Shown: positions 8,679-20,050, counted from the stretch's first letter. The stretch is 64,000 nucleotides of DNA from Candidatus Omnitrophota bacterium (GCA_030698625.1 JAUYMS010000048.1:154404-218403), one strand, 5' to 3'. Numbers and translations are program-made. Notes: generated by a model not told the origin, from the sequence alone.

Positions 8679-9974
8679 ATGGAAAATTTACGTTTGGGTA
8701 TTTTGGGGCTTGGTCAGATCGGTGCCGGACTCTATACCATCTTGCAGAGGAAGAAGGCTTACTTCCGCCGGGAGATCGGTGTCAACTTTGATATCCGTAA
8801 GATCGCCGTAAAAAGCAAGACGAAGAAGAGAACCGTTCGAGTACCCAAGGGTTTATTAACAACGAACGCGCTTTCTGTTGTGAGAGATCCCGAGGTTGAC
8901 GTGGTTGTGGAATTGATCGGAGGCACGCGCGAAGCAAAAAAGCTTGTGATGGAGGCATTGCGTTGTGGCAAGCACGTGGTGACCGCCAATAAAGCTCTGT
9001 TGGCGGAATGCGGAGATGAGATCTTTAGTCTCGCTTATCGCAAAGGCCTCTGGCTTTTTTTCGAGGCTTCCGTCGGTGGCGGCATTCCCGTCATGAAGGC
9101 ATTGCGCGAAGGACTGGCCGCAAACCGTATTGATTCCATCCACTCCATTATTAATGGGACAAGTAATTATATTCTGACCAAAATGACCGATGAGGGGTGG
9201 GATTTTGAAGAGGCTTTGATCGAGGCCCAGAAAAAGGGATACGCAGAAGCGGATCCAACTCTCGACATCAACGGAACCGATGCTGCGCATAAGTTGGCCA
9301 TTCTCATTCGGTTTGCTTTCGGCGGTCGCGTGCGGTATTCCGACATCTACTGTGAGGGAATCTCCCGGATTAGGAGTGAAGATATCGCTTTTGCCGAAGA
9401 GTTCGGTTATAGGATCAAGTTGCTGGCAATTGCCAAGCGATCCGGGGGGCGCGTGGAGGCTCGGGTACAGCCGACGCTATTGCCCAAAAGTCATATCCTG
9501 GCGAATGTGAAAGGCTCTTTTAACGCGGTGCTCGTGCGCGGTGACGAAGTGGGGGATTCGCTGCTCTATGGCCGCGGCGCGGGTCCGTTCCCGACGGCAA
9601 GCGCGGTCCTAAGCGATCTCGTCGATATTGCCAAGCTGCGCACCAGTTCATTCGAGGGAACGATGTCTCCTATGCGCGCTCTTCGCGGGCGTCTCAAAGT
9701 CAAGACGATGTCGAGTATCCTGTCGCGGTATTACCTGCGTTTTCGGGTTGTGGATCGCCCGGGGGTACTCGGCCGGATTTCTCAGGTCTTGGGTTCTTTC
9801 CGCATCAGTATTTCGGATTGTGTGCAGAAAGAACGCAGCGCCGGGAGCGTTGTCCCGTTGATTATGCTTACGCACGACTCGCATGAACGAGATGTGCACA
9901 ATGCTATGCGGGCAATCGGAAAGTTGAATATTGTGCGCGGCAAATCTCAAGTTATTCGAATCGAAGAAGGATAA
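8679..9974 (+). CDS. hom: Homoserine dehydrogenase with ACT domain
   Basis: [35 protein letters not shown]-terminal ACT (DRPGVL). Confidence 0.95.
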   Translation: MENLRLGILGLGQIGAGLYTILQRKKAYFRREIGVNFDIRKIAVKSKTKKRTVRVPKGLLTTNALSVVRDPEVDVVVELIGGTREAKKLVMEALRCGKHVVTANKALLAECGDEIFSLAYRKGLWLFFEASVGGGIPVMKALREGLAANRIDSIHSIINGTSNYILTKMTDEGWDFEEALIEAQKKGYAEADPTLDINGTDAAHKLAILIRFAFGGRVRYSDIYCEGISRIRSEDIAFAEEFGYRIKLLAIAKRSGGRVEARVQPTLLPKSHILANVKGSFNAVLVRGDEVGDSLLYGRGAGPFPTASAVLSDLVDIAKLRTSSFEGTMSPMRALRGRLKVKTMSSILSRYYLRFRVVDRPGVLGRISQVLGSFRISISDCVQKERSAGSVVPLIMLTHDSHERDVHNAMRAIGKLNIVRGKSQVIRIEEG

Positions 9975-9976
9975 CG

Positions 9977-11062
9977 GTGTCTATGTCTACCGGGAAATAT
10001 GCTGTAAAAAAAATTGGGATCATCGAACGTTATCAGGAATACCTTCCCGTGACGGACGCGACGCCGATTATTTCACTTAACGAGGGAAACACGCCGCTCA
10101 TTTTGGCGGAGGCCCTTCCGCGAGAACTAGGTTTAAAGACTCAGAAAATCTATTACAAGTTTGAAGGCTTAAATCCTACAGGTTCGTTCAAGGATCGCGG
10201 CATGACGATGGCGATGTCGAAAGCCGTAGAAGCCGGATCACAGGCCGTGATCTGCGCTTCAACCGGTAATACGTCAGCCTCCGCGGCGGCTTATGCTTCG
10301 CGCTGCGGTATTCGCTGTTACGTACTTATCCCCGAAGGGAAGATTGCCAAAGGGAAGCTCCTGCAGGCCTATCGGTACGGAGCGAAGGTCATTATGGTTA
10401 AAGGCAATTTTGATCAAGCGCTCGAACTTGTCAAAGAGATAAGCGCTGACGGAAAGATCACGCTTGTTAATTCACTGAACCCCTTTCGCATTGAAGGGCA
10501 GAAATCAGCGGCCTTCGAAATTGTAGATGATCTCGGAGAAGCCCCTAATTATCATGTCATCCCCGTTGGCAACGCAGGGAACATCACCGCCTATTGGAAA
10601 GGATACAACGAGTATAAGCGGGCGGGGCGTTCGGAGATCCTGCCGCAAATGTTGGGATTTCAAGCCGCGGGCTCAGCTCCCCTGGTTAGCGGGAAACCCA
10701 TTGCGAAACCAGAAACCATTGCGACGGCTATCCGTATCGGTAATCCGGCGAGCTGGGAAGGGGCGATTAAGGCCAGGGACGAGTCGAACGGACTCATTGA
10801 AGCGGTAACCGATGAGGAGATTACGCAAGCCTATCGATTTATCGCAGAGCGAGAAGGTGTTTTTGCTGAACCGGCTTCGGCTGCTGCTGTTGCTGGGGTT
10901 ATAAAATTAGCAAAGCGAAATTTCTTCAAGGATAATGCACGTATCGTCATCACACTGACCGGATCTGGTTTGAAGGATCCCGATTTTGCTCTCAGTTTTG
11001 ACGATAAAATCATAAGTGCGGATCCAACCGTGAACGCGATTCGGGAGGTCATCGAGTTATGA
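9977..11062 (+). CDS. thrC: Threonine synthase
   Basis: [13 protein letters not shown] lysine, ASTGNTS, PVGNAGN, EPASA. Confidence 0.95.
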   Translation: MSMSTGKYAVKKIGIIERYQEYLPVTDATPIISLNEGNTPLILAEALPRELGLKTQKIYYKFEGLNPTGSFKDRGMTMAMSKAVEAGSQAVICASTGNTSASAAAYASRCGIRCYVLIPEGKIAKGKLLQAYRYGAKVIMVKGNFDQALELVKEISADGKITLVNSLNPFRIEGQKSAAFEIVDDLGEAPNYHVIPVGNAGNITAYWKGYNEYKRAGRSEILPQMLGFQAAGSAPLVSGKPIAKPETIATAIRIGNPASWEGAIKARDESNGLIEAVTDEEITQAYRFIAEREGVFAEPASAAAVAGVIKLAKRNFFKDNARIVITLTGSGLKDPDFALSFDDKIISADPTVNAIREVIEL

Positions 11063-12270
11063 AATACATTATTGTAGTGATGGCGGGGGCGGCGGATCAT
11101 CCCGCTGAAGATTTGATGGGGAAAACGCCGCTTGAAGTGGCCAAGATGCCAAATTTGCATTACTTGACGAAGGTTGGGAGATTGGGCAGCGCGAAGCTTG
11201 TTACCGAGCATCTTCCGCCGGGCGCGGACACCACACTCCTCAACATCCTTGGTTACAATGCAGATGCTGTGTATACGGGGCTGGGACCGATTGAGGCGGC
11301 CAATCTCGAGCTGCGTCTCGAGGATAATGAGATTCCGTTTAGAATGAATTTTATTACAGAGGCCCAGGGGGTTCTTGCGGATCCGACCGCCGGGAAATTG
11401 GGGACAAAGGAAGCGCGGGCGCTAATCAATTTCCTCAATAAAAAAGTTGCGAATGATTTTATCCGTTTTTTCCCGGGATCTGAATATCGTCACATCGCGG
11501 TGCTGAAGGACGCCCATGGTTTTGAGGCGCTTTCTGCGAAGACTGTGGATCCCGATCTTGCGATGAATCAGAGTATCGAGTCCAACCTTCCCAAGGGCCC
11601 CGGAGAAGAATTGCTCAAGAAAATGATGTACGATGCCAAGTTGCTTTTGCAGGATCATGAAATAAATGAAGTTCGTGTCGATCTCGGCGAAAACCCCGCG
11701 AATATGGTTTGGCTATGGGGGCAAGGGCAACGACCCGTGTTGGAGAAGTTCAAAACGATGAGCGGGCTTTCCGGTGCTTTGATTTCGGGCATCGAATATG
11801 CCAAGGGTATCGCAAGATTAGCCGGTTTGACGGTTGTCGAAGTTCCGGGCGGTACGGGAGATTTGGAAACGAATTACGAGAAAAAGGGTAAAGCTATAAG
11901 CGATGCGCTGGCCGAAAAGGATTTCGTTTGCGTGCATGTACGCGCTTGCGATGAGGCGTCCCGGCAGGGCGATCTCAAAGCCAAGATTGCGGCTATCGAA
12001 GCGATTGATTTTCATATCATCTCGGTGGTGCGCGCTTATCTGGAACGCAATAACGATGCGAAAGTTCTCATAACGCCGGGATATGCGCATCCCTGGAAAA
12101 TGCATCGCCTGGTCCGTGATAGCGTACCGTTCGTTGTTGCGGGAAAGAACGTCAGGGCTGATGAAGTCGAAAAATTTTCCGAATTGGCGGCAAAGTCCTC
12201 AGAGCTGAAGGCCATCAAAAGCCACGAGCTCCTCGCGTCGTTTCTTGCCAAGGAATTTGTGAAGGCCTGA
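11059..12270 (+). CDS. ApgM-like cofactor-independent phosphoglycerate mutase / proposed homoserine kinase homolog with degenerate active site
   Basis: [22 protein letters not shown] framework; nucleophile Ser and most metal ligands substituted. Confidence 0.82.
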   Translation: MKYIIVVMAGAADHPAEDLMGKTPLEVAKMPNLHYLTKVGRLGSAKLVTEHLPPGADTTLLNILGYNADAVYTGLGPIEAANLELRLEDNEIPFRMNFITEAQGVLADPTAGKLGTKEARALINFLNKKVANDFIRFFPGSEYRHIAVLKDAHGFEALSAKTVDPDLAMNQSIESNLPKGPGEELLKKMMYDAKLLLQDHEINEVRVDLGENPANMVWLWGQGQRPVLEKFKTMSGLSGALISGIEYAKGIARLAGLTVVEVPGGTGDLETNYEKKGKAISDALAEKDFVCVHVRACDEASRQGDLKAKIAAIEAIDFHIISVVRAYLERNNDAKVLITPGYAHPWKMHRLVRDSVPFVVAGKNVRADEVEKFSELAAKSSELKAIKSHELLASFLAKEFVKA

Positions 12271-12293
12271 GTTAAGAAGAGGGAGCCGTCAGA

Positions 12294-13532
12294 GTGTCGA
12301 TCATTGTACAAAAATTCGGAGGATCCTCGGTCGCCAACGTTGCTCGCATCAAGATGGTGGCCAAGCGAATTGTTCGTGCGAAGAAGCGGGGCGTAAAACC
12401 CGTCGTGGTCGTGTCGGCCTTGGGCGATACGACTGATGAGTTGGAAAAGCTCGTCAGCCAAATCACCGACGAACCCGACGAACGTGAAATGGACATGTTG
12501 TTGTCGACAGGCGAGCAGGTGTCTGTTGCTCTTTTGGCAATGGCGATTCACGAACTGGGCGTGGGTGCAGTTTCGTTTACGGGTCCCCAGGTCGGCATCA
12601 TAACCGATCGCCTTCACACTAAAGCTCGGATTCTGGGTATTAACGCGGCTCGAATTCACCAAGCCTTGCGGCGCGATAAAGTTGTCATTGTAGCGGGATT
12701 TCAGGGGAGAACCGAGTCCGGAGAGATTACGACGCTCGGCCGGGGAGGGTCTGATTTAACCGCGGTAGCTTTGGCGCAGGTTTTGGGCGCAACGGCTTGC
12801 GAGATATACACCGACGTCGACGGAATCTACACGGCCGATCCGCGCATTGTTCGAGATGCGCGCATGATCGAACAGATAAGCTATGACGAGATTCTGGAAA
12901 TGGCCGCGCTCGGGGCAAAGGTTATGCATGCCCGTTCCGTAGAGGTGGGCAAGAAGTTTAATGTGCCGATTTATGTGAGGAACTCCGCTCATAACGGAAA
13001 GGGAACTTTGATTACAAAGGAGAGTAAGAAAATGGAAGACGTGGTTGTCAGCGGTGTAGCCCTTATGGAAGACGAGGCGAAGATCACGATCTTTAGCGTG
13101 CCGGATAAGCCCGGCATTGCCGCAAAGATTTTCGCGAAACTGGCCGCCGGCGAAGTCAATATTGACATGATTATCCAGAACAAGACGGAGACGAACACGA
13201 CCGATATTTCTTTTACCGTATACAAAAAGGAACTGCGTAAAGCTTTGAGGGTGGTTAAGGACGCTGTAAGTAAACTGGGAGTACGCCGTGTCGTTTGTGA
13301 CGAAAATATTTCTAAGGTGAGCATCGTCGGTGTCGGGATGAGATCTCACTCGGGGGTTGCCGCAAAAATGTTTCGGTGCTTGGCCAGAAAGCAAATAAAT
13401 ATCGACATGATTTCTACCTCAGAAATTAAGATTTCATGCGTCGTCAACGGGCGCAAAGGCAAGCAGGCCGTACGTGCTATCCATAAAGAATTCGGCCTTG
13501 GAACGGGGAAGGGGCAAAAGGGAAGGGCCTGA
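12294..13532 (+). CDS. lysC: Aspartate kinase (alpha subunit)
   Basis: QKFGGSSV, TTLGRGGSD, TDVDG, two ACT domains. Confidence 0.95.
   Translation: MSIIVQKFGGSSVANVARIKMVAKRIVRAKKRGVKPVVVVSALGDTTDELEKLVSQITDEPDEREMDMLLSTGEQVSVALLAMAIHELGVGAVSFTGPQVGIITDRLHTKARILGINAARIHQALRRDKVVIVAGFQGRTESGEITTLGRGGSDLTAVALAQVLGATACEIYTDVDGIYTADPRIVRDARMIEQISYDEILEMAALGAKVMHARSVEVGKKFNVPIYVRNSAHNGKGTLITKESKKMEDVVVSGVALMEDEAKITIFSVPDKPGIAAKIFAKLAAGEVNIDMIIQNKTETNTTDISFTVYKKELRKALRVVKDAVSKLGVRRVVCDENISKVSIVGVGMRSHSGVAAKMFRCLARKQINIDMISTSEIKISCVVNGRKGKQAVRAIHKEFGLGTGKGQKGRA
13032..13532 (+). CDS. Putative in-frame aspartokinase beta subunit (internal start at Met247)
   Basis: AAGGAG at 13017-13022, 9 nt before an in-frame ATG at the start of the ACT region, as in alpha2beta2 aspartokinases. 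Confidence 0.55.
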   Translation: MEDVVVSGVALMEDEAKITIFSVPDKPGIAAKIFAKLAAGEVNIDMIIQNKTETNTTDISFTVYKKELRKALRVVKDAVSKLGVRRVVCDENISKVSIVGVGMRSHSGVAAKMFRCLARKQINIDMISTSEIKISCVVNGRKGKQAVRAIHKEFGLGTGKGQKGRA

Positions 13533-13533
13533 A

Positions 13534-15108
13534 ATGCCTATAAAGAAAATACGTAAAATAAAATTCTATGACACGACTCTGCGTGACGGCGCGCAGACCG
13601 AGGGGATCAGCCTGTCCTTAGAGGACAAGATTCAGATTGCCCATCGGCTGGACCAATTTGGGATGCATTATGTGGAAGGTGGGTGGCCGGGTTCGAACCC
13701 GAAAGACATGGCCTTTTTTAAGGAGATTCAGAAGCGCAAATTGCGGCGCGCAAAAATTGTTGCCTTCGGCTCTACTCGGCGTGCTCATACCAAGGTTGCC
13801 AGCGATATCAACGTGAAGGGCTTGCTCGAATCGAAGACGCAAGTCATTACAATTTTCGGAAAATCCTGGGATTTTCATGTCAAGAAGGTCTTCCGCACTT
13901 CTTTGAAAGAGAACCTTTCCATGATTTACGAGACCGTTGCCTACCTGAAGTCCAAGAAGAAAGAGGTGATTTATGATGCCGAGCATTTCTTCGACGGTTT
14001 TAGGGAAAATCCTGACTACGCTATCAAAACATTGCAGCAGGCGGCACGCGCGGGGGCAGACAACATTACGCTCTGCGATACCAACGGGGGAACCATGCCG
14101 CATGAAATCCGCCGCGCGATTCTGCGCGTCAAGCGTTCGCTCCGCGTGCCTCTAGGCATTCATTGCCACAACGATGCCGAGCTTGCGGTGGCTAATTCGA
14201 TTCAGGCTGTCGGGGAAGGCTGCGAGTTGGTTCAGGGGACCATCAACGGCTACGGAGAGCGCTGCGGTAACGCGAATTTGGTCAGCGTCATCCCGATCTT
14301 GCAGGCGAAGATGAACCGGAGCTGTTTCTCGCCTCGAAAGATGAAAGAGTTGACGCAAGTGTCACATTTTGTTGCGGAAATCTGTAATATGCCCCTGCAG
14401 CCGAACCAGGCCTTTACGGGCCGATCGGCATTTGCGCACAAGGGCGGCGTACACATCAATGCCATGATGAAAAGCGCCAAGACCTATGAGCATATGGACC
14501 CGAAATTGATCGGGAATCGCAGGCGTTATCTTGTTTCAGAGCTCGGAGGCAAAACAAACGTCATGCTGAAGGCGCGGGAGCTGCAGTTGGATTTCTCAAA
14601 GGAGTCTCCGGAGGCCCGTCGCATTCTTGCGGAAGTGCAAAAACTGGAAAACGAGGGTTATCAGTTTGAAGCCGCTGAAGCGAGTTTCGAGCTTTTAGTG
14701 CAGATGCTCCTCGGCAAGGCCAAGACCCTTTTCAAAGTCAAAAAGGTTTCGGTGCGGGCCGAGGATATCGGAGATAAAATACCCGTCTCCGTAGCCGAAG
14801 TGAAGTTGTTTGCAAAGAACAAGGAGTATTTTGTTGTTGCCGAAGGGGATGGCCCCGTCAACGCTCTCGATAGCGCGCTTCGCAAAGCACTACGGAGTTC
14901 TTATCCTGCCGTCGATGACATTCGTCTCACCGACTATAAAGTGCGTGTTGTTAACTCTGAGGCCGGTACGGCGGCGAAGGTGCGCGTATTCATTCAATTC
15001 CAAGATAAAAATCGCAGCTGGACCACCGTGGGCGTCAACGAGAATATTATCGAGGCGAGTTGGAAAGCCCTCGTAGACGCCGTTGAATATAAGCTTCTGA
15101 AGGGTTAG
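13534..15108 (+). CDS. cimA: Citramalate synthase
   Basis: DTTLRDGAQ, EGGWPGSNPKD, YDAEHFFDG, HCHND, AHKGG, DYKVR; follows lysC. Confidence 0.9.
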   Translation: MPIKKIRKIKFYDTTLRDGAQTEGISLSLEDKIQIAHRLDQFGMHYVEGGWPGSNPKDMAFFKEIQKRKLRRAKIVAFGSTRRAHTKVASDINVKGLLESKTQVITIFGKSWDFHVKKVFRTSLKENLSMIYETVAYLKSKKKEVIYDAEHFFDGFRENPDYAIKTLQQAARAGADNITLCDTNGGTMPHEIRRAILRVKRSLRVPLGIHCHNDAELAVANSIQAVGEGCELVQGTINGYGERCGNANLVSVIPILQAKMNRSCFSPRKMKELTQVSHFVAEICNMPLQPNQAFTGRSAFAHKGGVHINAMMKSAKTYEHMDPKLIGNRRRYLVSELGGKTNVMLKARELQLDFSKESPEARRILAEVQKLENEGYQFEAAEASFELLVQMLLGKAKTLFKVKKVSVRAEDIGDKIPVSVAEVKLFAKNKEYFVVAEGDGPVNALDSALRKALRSSYPAVDDIRLTDYKVRVVNSEAGTAAKVRVFIQFQDKNRSWTTVGVNENIIEASWKALVDAVEYKLLKG

Positions 15109-15119
15109 CGCGTTACTGC

Positions 15120-17840
15120 ATGTCGTCTTCACTGTCGACCCGATACTCTCACAAAGAAATGGAATCCCGCTGGTACGCCCAGTGGGAAGCTGGCGGGTAT
15201 TTTCGTCCGGCAAGTGATAGTAAAGGCAAGAAGTCCGGTGACCGCCGCTATGTGATTGTCATTCCTCCCCCCAACGTGACGGGTATCCTGCACATGGGGC
15301 ATGCCCTCAACAATTCGATCCAGGACATTATGATTCGGTGGCACCGCATGAAGGGCGATGACACCTTGTGGGTGCCCGGTGTCGATCATGCCGGTATTGC
15401 GACCCAAAATGTTGTTGAGAAAAAGCTGGCCAAAAATAAGCAAACGCGCGACCATCTCGGTCGTAAAAAATTCCTCGAAGAAGTTTGGAAATGGAAGGAA
15501 GATCACGGCTCGACAATCACACGTCAATTGCGGCGCTTGGGCGCTTCCTGTGACTGGTCCCGTGAACGCTTTACGATGGACGAAGGGTTGTCCCTCGCGG
15601 TTCGGGAGTGCTTCGTCACACTCCATGAGCGAGGCTTGATTTATAGGGGTAATTACATCATCAACTGGTGCCCCCGCTGTCAGACAGCGCTCTCAGACGA
15701 AGAGGCCGCGCACAAGGATGTGCACGGGGGCCTTTACCACATCAAGTATCCTATCGCCGGAGCCGGGAAAAAGGCGGAGCGAATCGGAGTGGATCATATT
15801 GTTATAGCGACAACACGCCCGGAAACAATGTTGGGCGACGTAGCTGTTGCGATACATCCGGGAGACGGAAGGTACCGTGGTCTCGTGGGCAAGAAGTTGA
15901 TTCTTCCCCTTTTGGAAAGGGAGATTCCCATTATCGAAGACGAATTCGTTGACCCCGAATTCGGGACGGGTATGGTCAAGGTGACCCCCGCGCATGACCC
16001 AAATGACTTTGAAATGGGGAAGCGGCACGACCTTCCCCAAATCAACGTGATGCACGTGGACGGCAAGATCAACAGCCATGGGGGGCCCTATAGCGGATTG
16101 GATCGTTTCGAGGCGCGTAAGAAAGTTGTTAAGGATCTCGAAGATCAGGGTCTGTTTATCAAACGGGATACCCATCTTCACGCCGTAGGGCACTGCTACC
16201 GTTGTGATACGATCGTGGAGCCGTATTTGTCGAAACAGTGGTTCGTGCGCATGAAGCCGCTCGCCGAAAAGGCCCTTGCAGCACATCGCGCCGGCAAAAC
16301 TGTTTTTTATCCGGACCGGTGGACCAAGGTCTACACGAATTGGCTTGAGAACATCCGCGACTGGTGCATCTCACGGCAGATCTGGTGGGGCCATCAAATT
16401 CCTGTGTGGTATTGCGGCCAATGTCGTAAGGGTGATGAAGATGATTCTCAAAAGGGGATTGTGGTCAGCCGTGAGACTCCACAGAAATGCCCCGAATGCG
16501 GTAACAGTGAATTGGTTCAGGACCCTGATGTACTCGACACGTGGTTTTCTTCATGGCTATGGCCTTTTTCTACGCTGGGATGGCCGGAGAAGACCGAGGA
16601 CTTAAAGCACTTTTATCCGACATCCGACCTGATTACAGCTCCCGAGATCATTTTTTTCTGGGTCGCGCGTATGATCATGGCCGGACTCGAGTTTATGCAA
16701 GAAGTGCCTTTTAACCGTATTTATCTTCATGGTACGGTGCGTGCGCAAAGCGGACTCAAGATGTCGAAGTCTTTAGGAAATGCCATCGATCCTCTTGAGG
16801 TCATTGATGGTGTCGGTGCCGATGCCCTGCGTTTCAGTCTGGTGATGCTCAGTGCCCAAGATGTCTATCTTTCCACCGAGAAATTTGATATGGGCCGCAA
16901 TTTTACCAACAAGATCTGGAATGCCTCGCGGTTCGTATTAATGAATCTAGAAGGTTTTAAGGAAGGTGCGACCACCCTGGATGTTGATCGGGACCAATTA
17001 CCTATTTCTTGCCGGTGGATTCTGTCAGCCTACGAGGCAAAGGCCAAACAGGCAGACCAATATCTTTCCTCAGGATTTTATTTAGCCCAGGCCGCCTCAG
17101 AGTTGTATCACTTTATCTGGAATGATTTCTGCGACTGGTTCATCGAGCTCGCCAAACCCGCGCTTGCAGGGGAGGATGCCTCGGAGAAGTTGATGGCCCA
17201 GAAAGTGCTCTTTTGCGTGTTGGAAAAAATCCTGTGTCTGCTCCATCCGTTTATGCCCTTTGTGACTGAGGAGATTTGGCAAAAACTGCGGGAGATGGCA
17301 AAGGACGGAGAGACTTGGCCGAAGTCCTTGATGCTGGCTTCGTGGCCGGAGCCGACGGGTTATCGCGACGTTGAGACTGAACGTCATTTCATGGGGTTGC
17401 AAGATGCGGTTGGGGCGGTTCGTGATTTGCGCGCAAAGTTCAATATTCCGCCTTCCCAAGAGGTTTCTGCGGTTTTGAAGGCGAGCGGTGCTGCGGGTGA
17501 AATGTTCAAGGTTTTTTCGCCCTGTGTGGAACGTCTCGGAAAAGTAAAGCTCGAGATAAAGTCTGATTTCGAGAGAACCAAGGCGTACGTCGGAAATTCA
17601 TTCGCGGACTTCGAGATTTTTATGTCAATCGAAGGTCTTGTCGACGCAGACAAAGAAAAAGAAAGGATTGAGAAGAAAATTCAGGAGACAGTGAAGTGGG
17701 TTACCGTGCTCAATAAAAAGCTTTCAAACGATAACTTTGTCAGGAACGCTCCAAAGGACGTGATCGACAAGGAAAAGGAAAAGCTTGTCGAAGCCGAAAA
17801 GATTCTGAAATCCTACCAAGAACATCTAAGGCTGATATAG
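15120..17840 (+). CDS. valS: Valine--tRNA ligase
   Basis: PPPNVTG.LHMGH, DWCISRQ, KMSKS, C-terminal coiled coil. Confidence 0.97.
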   Translation: MSSSLSTRYSHKEMESRWYAQWEAGGYFRPASDSKGKKSGDRRYVIVIPPPNVTGILHMGHALNNSIQDIMIRWHRMKGDDTLWVPGVDHAGIATQNVVEKKLAKNKQTRDHLGRKKFLEEVWKWKEDHGSTITRQLRRLGASCDWSRERFTMDEGLSLAVRECFVTLHERGLIYRGNYIINWCPRCQTALSDEEAAHKDVHGGLYHIKYPIAGAGKKAERIGVDHIVIATTRPETMLGDVAVAIHPGDGRYRGLVGKKLILPLLEREIPIIEDEFVDPEFGTGMVKVTPAHDPNDFEMGKRHDLPQINVMHVDGKINSHGGPYSGLDRFEARKKVVKDLEDQGLFIKRDTHLHAVGHCYRCDTIVEPYLSKQWFVRMKPLAEKALAAHRAGKTVFYPDRWTKVYTNWLENIRDWCISRQIWWGHQIPVWYCGQCRKGDEDDSQKGIVVSRETPQKCPECGNSELVQDPDVLDTWFSSWLWPFSTLGWPEKTEDLKHFYPTSDLITAPEIIFFWVARMIMAGLEFMQEVPFNRIYLHGTVRAQSGLKMSKSLGNAIDPLEVIDGVGADALRFSLVMLSAQDVYLSTEKFDMGRNFTNKIWNASRFVLMNLEGFKEGATTLDVDRDQLPISCRWILSAYEAKAKQADQYLSSGFYLAQAASELYHFIWNDFCDWFIELAKPALAGEDASEKLMAQKVLFCVLEKILCLLHPFMPFVTEEIWQKLREMAKDGETWPKSLMLASWPEPTGYRDVETERHFMGLQDAVGAVRDLRAKFNIPPSQEVSAVLKASGAAGEMFKVFSPCVERLGKVKLEIKSDFERTKAYVGNSFADFEIFMSIEGLVDADKEKERIEKKIQETVKWVTVLNKKLSNDNFVRNAPKDVIDKEKEKLVEAEKILKSYQEHLRLI

Positions 17841-17851
17841 GACCCGTATCC

Positions 17852-18562
17852 GTGACTTCCCGCGATTTATCAATTGCAGAAAGCCGTCTTGTCCTTGATG
17901 GCCGTTGGCTCATTGTTTCCTTTGCGTGTCCGCACGAGTGCTCTAGCTGGGCCATCGTTGGCGGGGGCAGCCGGGTTGCCGGGGCCGTTGCATGGTACCG
18001 GGTGACCGGCCAAGACCTCAAGCCTCCCGTAGATCCCCGGGAGCTGTTGCGGGATAGGCTTCGAGAGAAGGGATGGACCGATGCCGTCGGTCTTTTGACG
18101 AGTGCGGACCTAGAGCGGTATGTCGATGTGCGCAAGACCGATGGAGACCGCACGGTGCGTTGTATCGGTACCGTGGGCCTCAGCAATGCTGTGCGTGTGG
18201 GGGACCGCGTAGAGCGACCCTCCGTGGTCAATACGATCAACCTCCTTTGCGAAGTTTCGGTACCTCTAACGGATGCAGCCCGTTTGGAGGCTATGACAAT
18301 TGTGACCGAAGCACGTACGGTGGCGGTCCTTGAGGCGAAGCTTCCTAGCATCCAGAGTGGTTTTCCGGCTTCGGGTACAGGCACCGATTGTATCGTTGTC
18401 GCTTCTGCCGTCGGTCCGAACATGGAAAAATATGCCGGCAAGCACACTCGCCTCGGAGCTTTGATCGGTAGAGTTGCTCTCGAGACTATGACCCTGGGAA
18501 TAGAGAAGTGGCGCGAAGTAAACCATGGCAAAGAAAACGCTCAGCCCAAATATTCTGTTTGA
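17852..18562 (+). CDS. cbiZ: Adenosylcobinamide amidohydrolase (CbiZ family)
   Basis: SWAIVGGG, GLLTSA, TVGLSN, TIN, TEA, SGTGTDC, YAGKHT motifs. Confidence 0.8.
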   Translation: MTSRDLSIAESRLVLDGRWLIVSFACPHECSSWAIVGGGSRVAGAVAWYRVTGQDLKPPVDPRELLRDRLREKGWTDAVGLLTSADLERYVDVRKTDGDRTVRCIGTVGLSNAVRVGDRVERPSVVNTINLLCEVSVPLTDAARLEAMTIVTEARTVAVLEAKLPSIQSGFPASGTGTDCIVVASAVGPNMEKYAGKHTRLGALIGRVALETMTLGIEKWREVNHGKENAQPKYSV

Positions 18563-19208
18563 AGACAGCCACCTTATGGTGCTCTCCAAACCCGCAGGCC
18601 TCCTCAGTCAGGGTGAAATTAAAGGCGATCCCAATCTCGTCGACTGGGCGCGACAATATCTCGGACGGCATTATGTGGGTCTGATACACCGTCTGGATCG
18701 AAACACCTCGGGCCTTATGCTTGTTGCGAAAAGGACCAAAGCGGCGAGGCGTTTAACGGATGCCCTGCAGGCAGGACAGATTTGCCGCACTTATCTCGGT
18801 TGGGTTCTGGGCCCGATGAAATCCGCGGTAAGATGGTCACACTGCCTGGCTAAGGATGAGCGTAAGAATCAGGTTCGCGTTCTCGCAAAATCCGGCGAAC
18901 GCGGTAAGTCTGCGGTTTTGTCAGCGAAACCCGTTGCGAGCGGGCGATGGAAGGGGCAGGCCATTACTCTGGTCGCCTTTAATTTGGAAACCGGCCGCTC
19001 TCATCAAATTCGGGCGCAAGCGGCCTATGAAGGATTTCCGATTCTGGGGGACTCCAAATATGGGGCGCCTAAAAATTTCCCAAGGCCGGCGTTGCATTCA
19101 GCGCAAATCTCGTTTCCGCATCCGATGACTAAGGAGGCCATGTCATTTAGGGATGAACTTCCCGTCGACATGAAAGAGCTCAAAATTAAAGGAGCAAGAA
19201 ACTCATGA
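18525..19208 (+). CDS. RluA/RluD-family RNA pseudouridine synthase
   Basis: KPAGL, HRLDRNTSG (catalytic Asp), TGRSHQIR, GD..YG, LH. Confidence 0.92.
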   Translation: MAKKTLSPNILFEDSHLMVLSKPAGLLSQGEIKGDPNLVDWARQYLGRHYVGLIHRLDRNTSGLMLVAKRTKAARRLTDALQAGQICRTYLGWVLGPMKSAVRWSHCLAKDERKNQVRVLAKSGERGKSAVLSAKPVASGRWKGQAITLVAFNLETGRSHQIRAQAAYEGFPILGDSKYGAPKNFPRPALHSAQISFPHPMTKEAMSFRDELPVDMKELKIKGARNS

Positions 19209-20050
19209 TTCTGAAGATCAAAAAAAGCTACTTTCCGTTTTCTGCGCATACTCGCAAGCTTCTACAGAATTCATTGGCGGAGGATATCGGACATGGAGAC
19301 TTGACCTCGGAGGTGCTCGTTTCGCGGCACGCATCCGGACAAGCCGTTATTACGGCGCGTGAAAAAGGGATTTTTTGCGGAAGTCCTGTGATTCAAGAAT
19401 TATTCCGGCTAGGGGACTCACGTTTGAGTGTGGCCTTCGCCGTGAAGGAAGGGAGGCCGTTTAGGAAAGGTCAAACCGTCGCAACGATTAAAGGAAAGGT
19501 GTTTTCAATCCTCAAGGTTGAAAGAACGGCGCTTAATTTTTTGGCGCACCTGGCGAGCATTGCGACGATGACTCGGGCTTATGTCGAGGCAGTGAAACCT
19601 TATGGGGTTTCCATTCTCGACACCCGGAAGACGACACCTCTTTGGCGTGAGGTGGAGAAGTATGCCGTCAAGGTTGGCGGCGGCAAGAATCACCGCATGA
19701 AGCTGGACGAGGCTATTTTTGTGAAAGAAAATCATAGACCCTATGGTTCGATCGCCAAACTCAGAGAGTATCCGGGACGATTCGAAATTGAAGTGCGCAA
19801 TATGAGCGAAATCAAACAGGCGTTGGAGCTGGTGCCGCGCATTATCCTCTTTGATAATTTCACTCCGGCTCAACTCAAGAAAAGCGTCCAATTTGTAAGA
19901 CTGCGGCGCCCCCGTTGTATCCTGGAGGCTTCCGGCGGTATCACGCTTGAAAACGTGCGGAAGTATGCTGCAAGCGGAGTAAACTGGATTTCTGTTGGGG
20001 CGCTTACCCATTCGGCTGTAGCTCTCAATTTTTCACTGGCGGTGAAGTGA
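19205..20050 (+). CDS. nadC: Quinolinate phosphoribosyltransferase
   Basis: ED...GDLTS, DTRKTTP, GGGKNHR, EASGGI, GALTHS. Confidence 0.93.
   Translation: MILKIKKSYFPFSAHTRKLLQNSLAEDIGHGDLTSEVLVSRHASGQAVITAREKGIFCGSPVIQELFRLGDSRLSVAFAVKEGRPFRKGQTVATIKGKVFSILKVERTALNFLAHLASIATMTRAYVEAVKPYGVSILDTRKTTPLWREVEKYAVKVGGGKNHRMKLDEAIFVKENHRPYGSIAKLREYPGRFEIEVRNMSEIKQALELVPRIILFDNFTPAQLKKSVQFVRLRRPRCILEASGGITLENVRKYAASGVNWISVGALTHSAVALNFSLAVK

Noticed and set aside
19205-20050. NadC as another pseudoenzyme
   Set aside because: Somewhat short, but TRKT, NHR, K.NH, E.E and DN residues are retained
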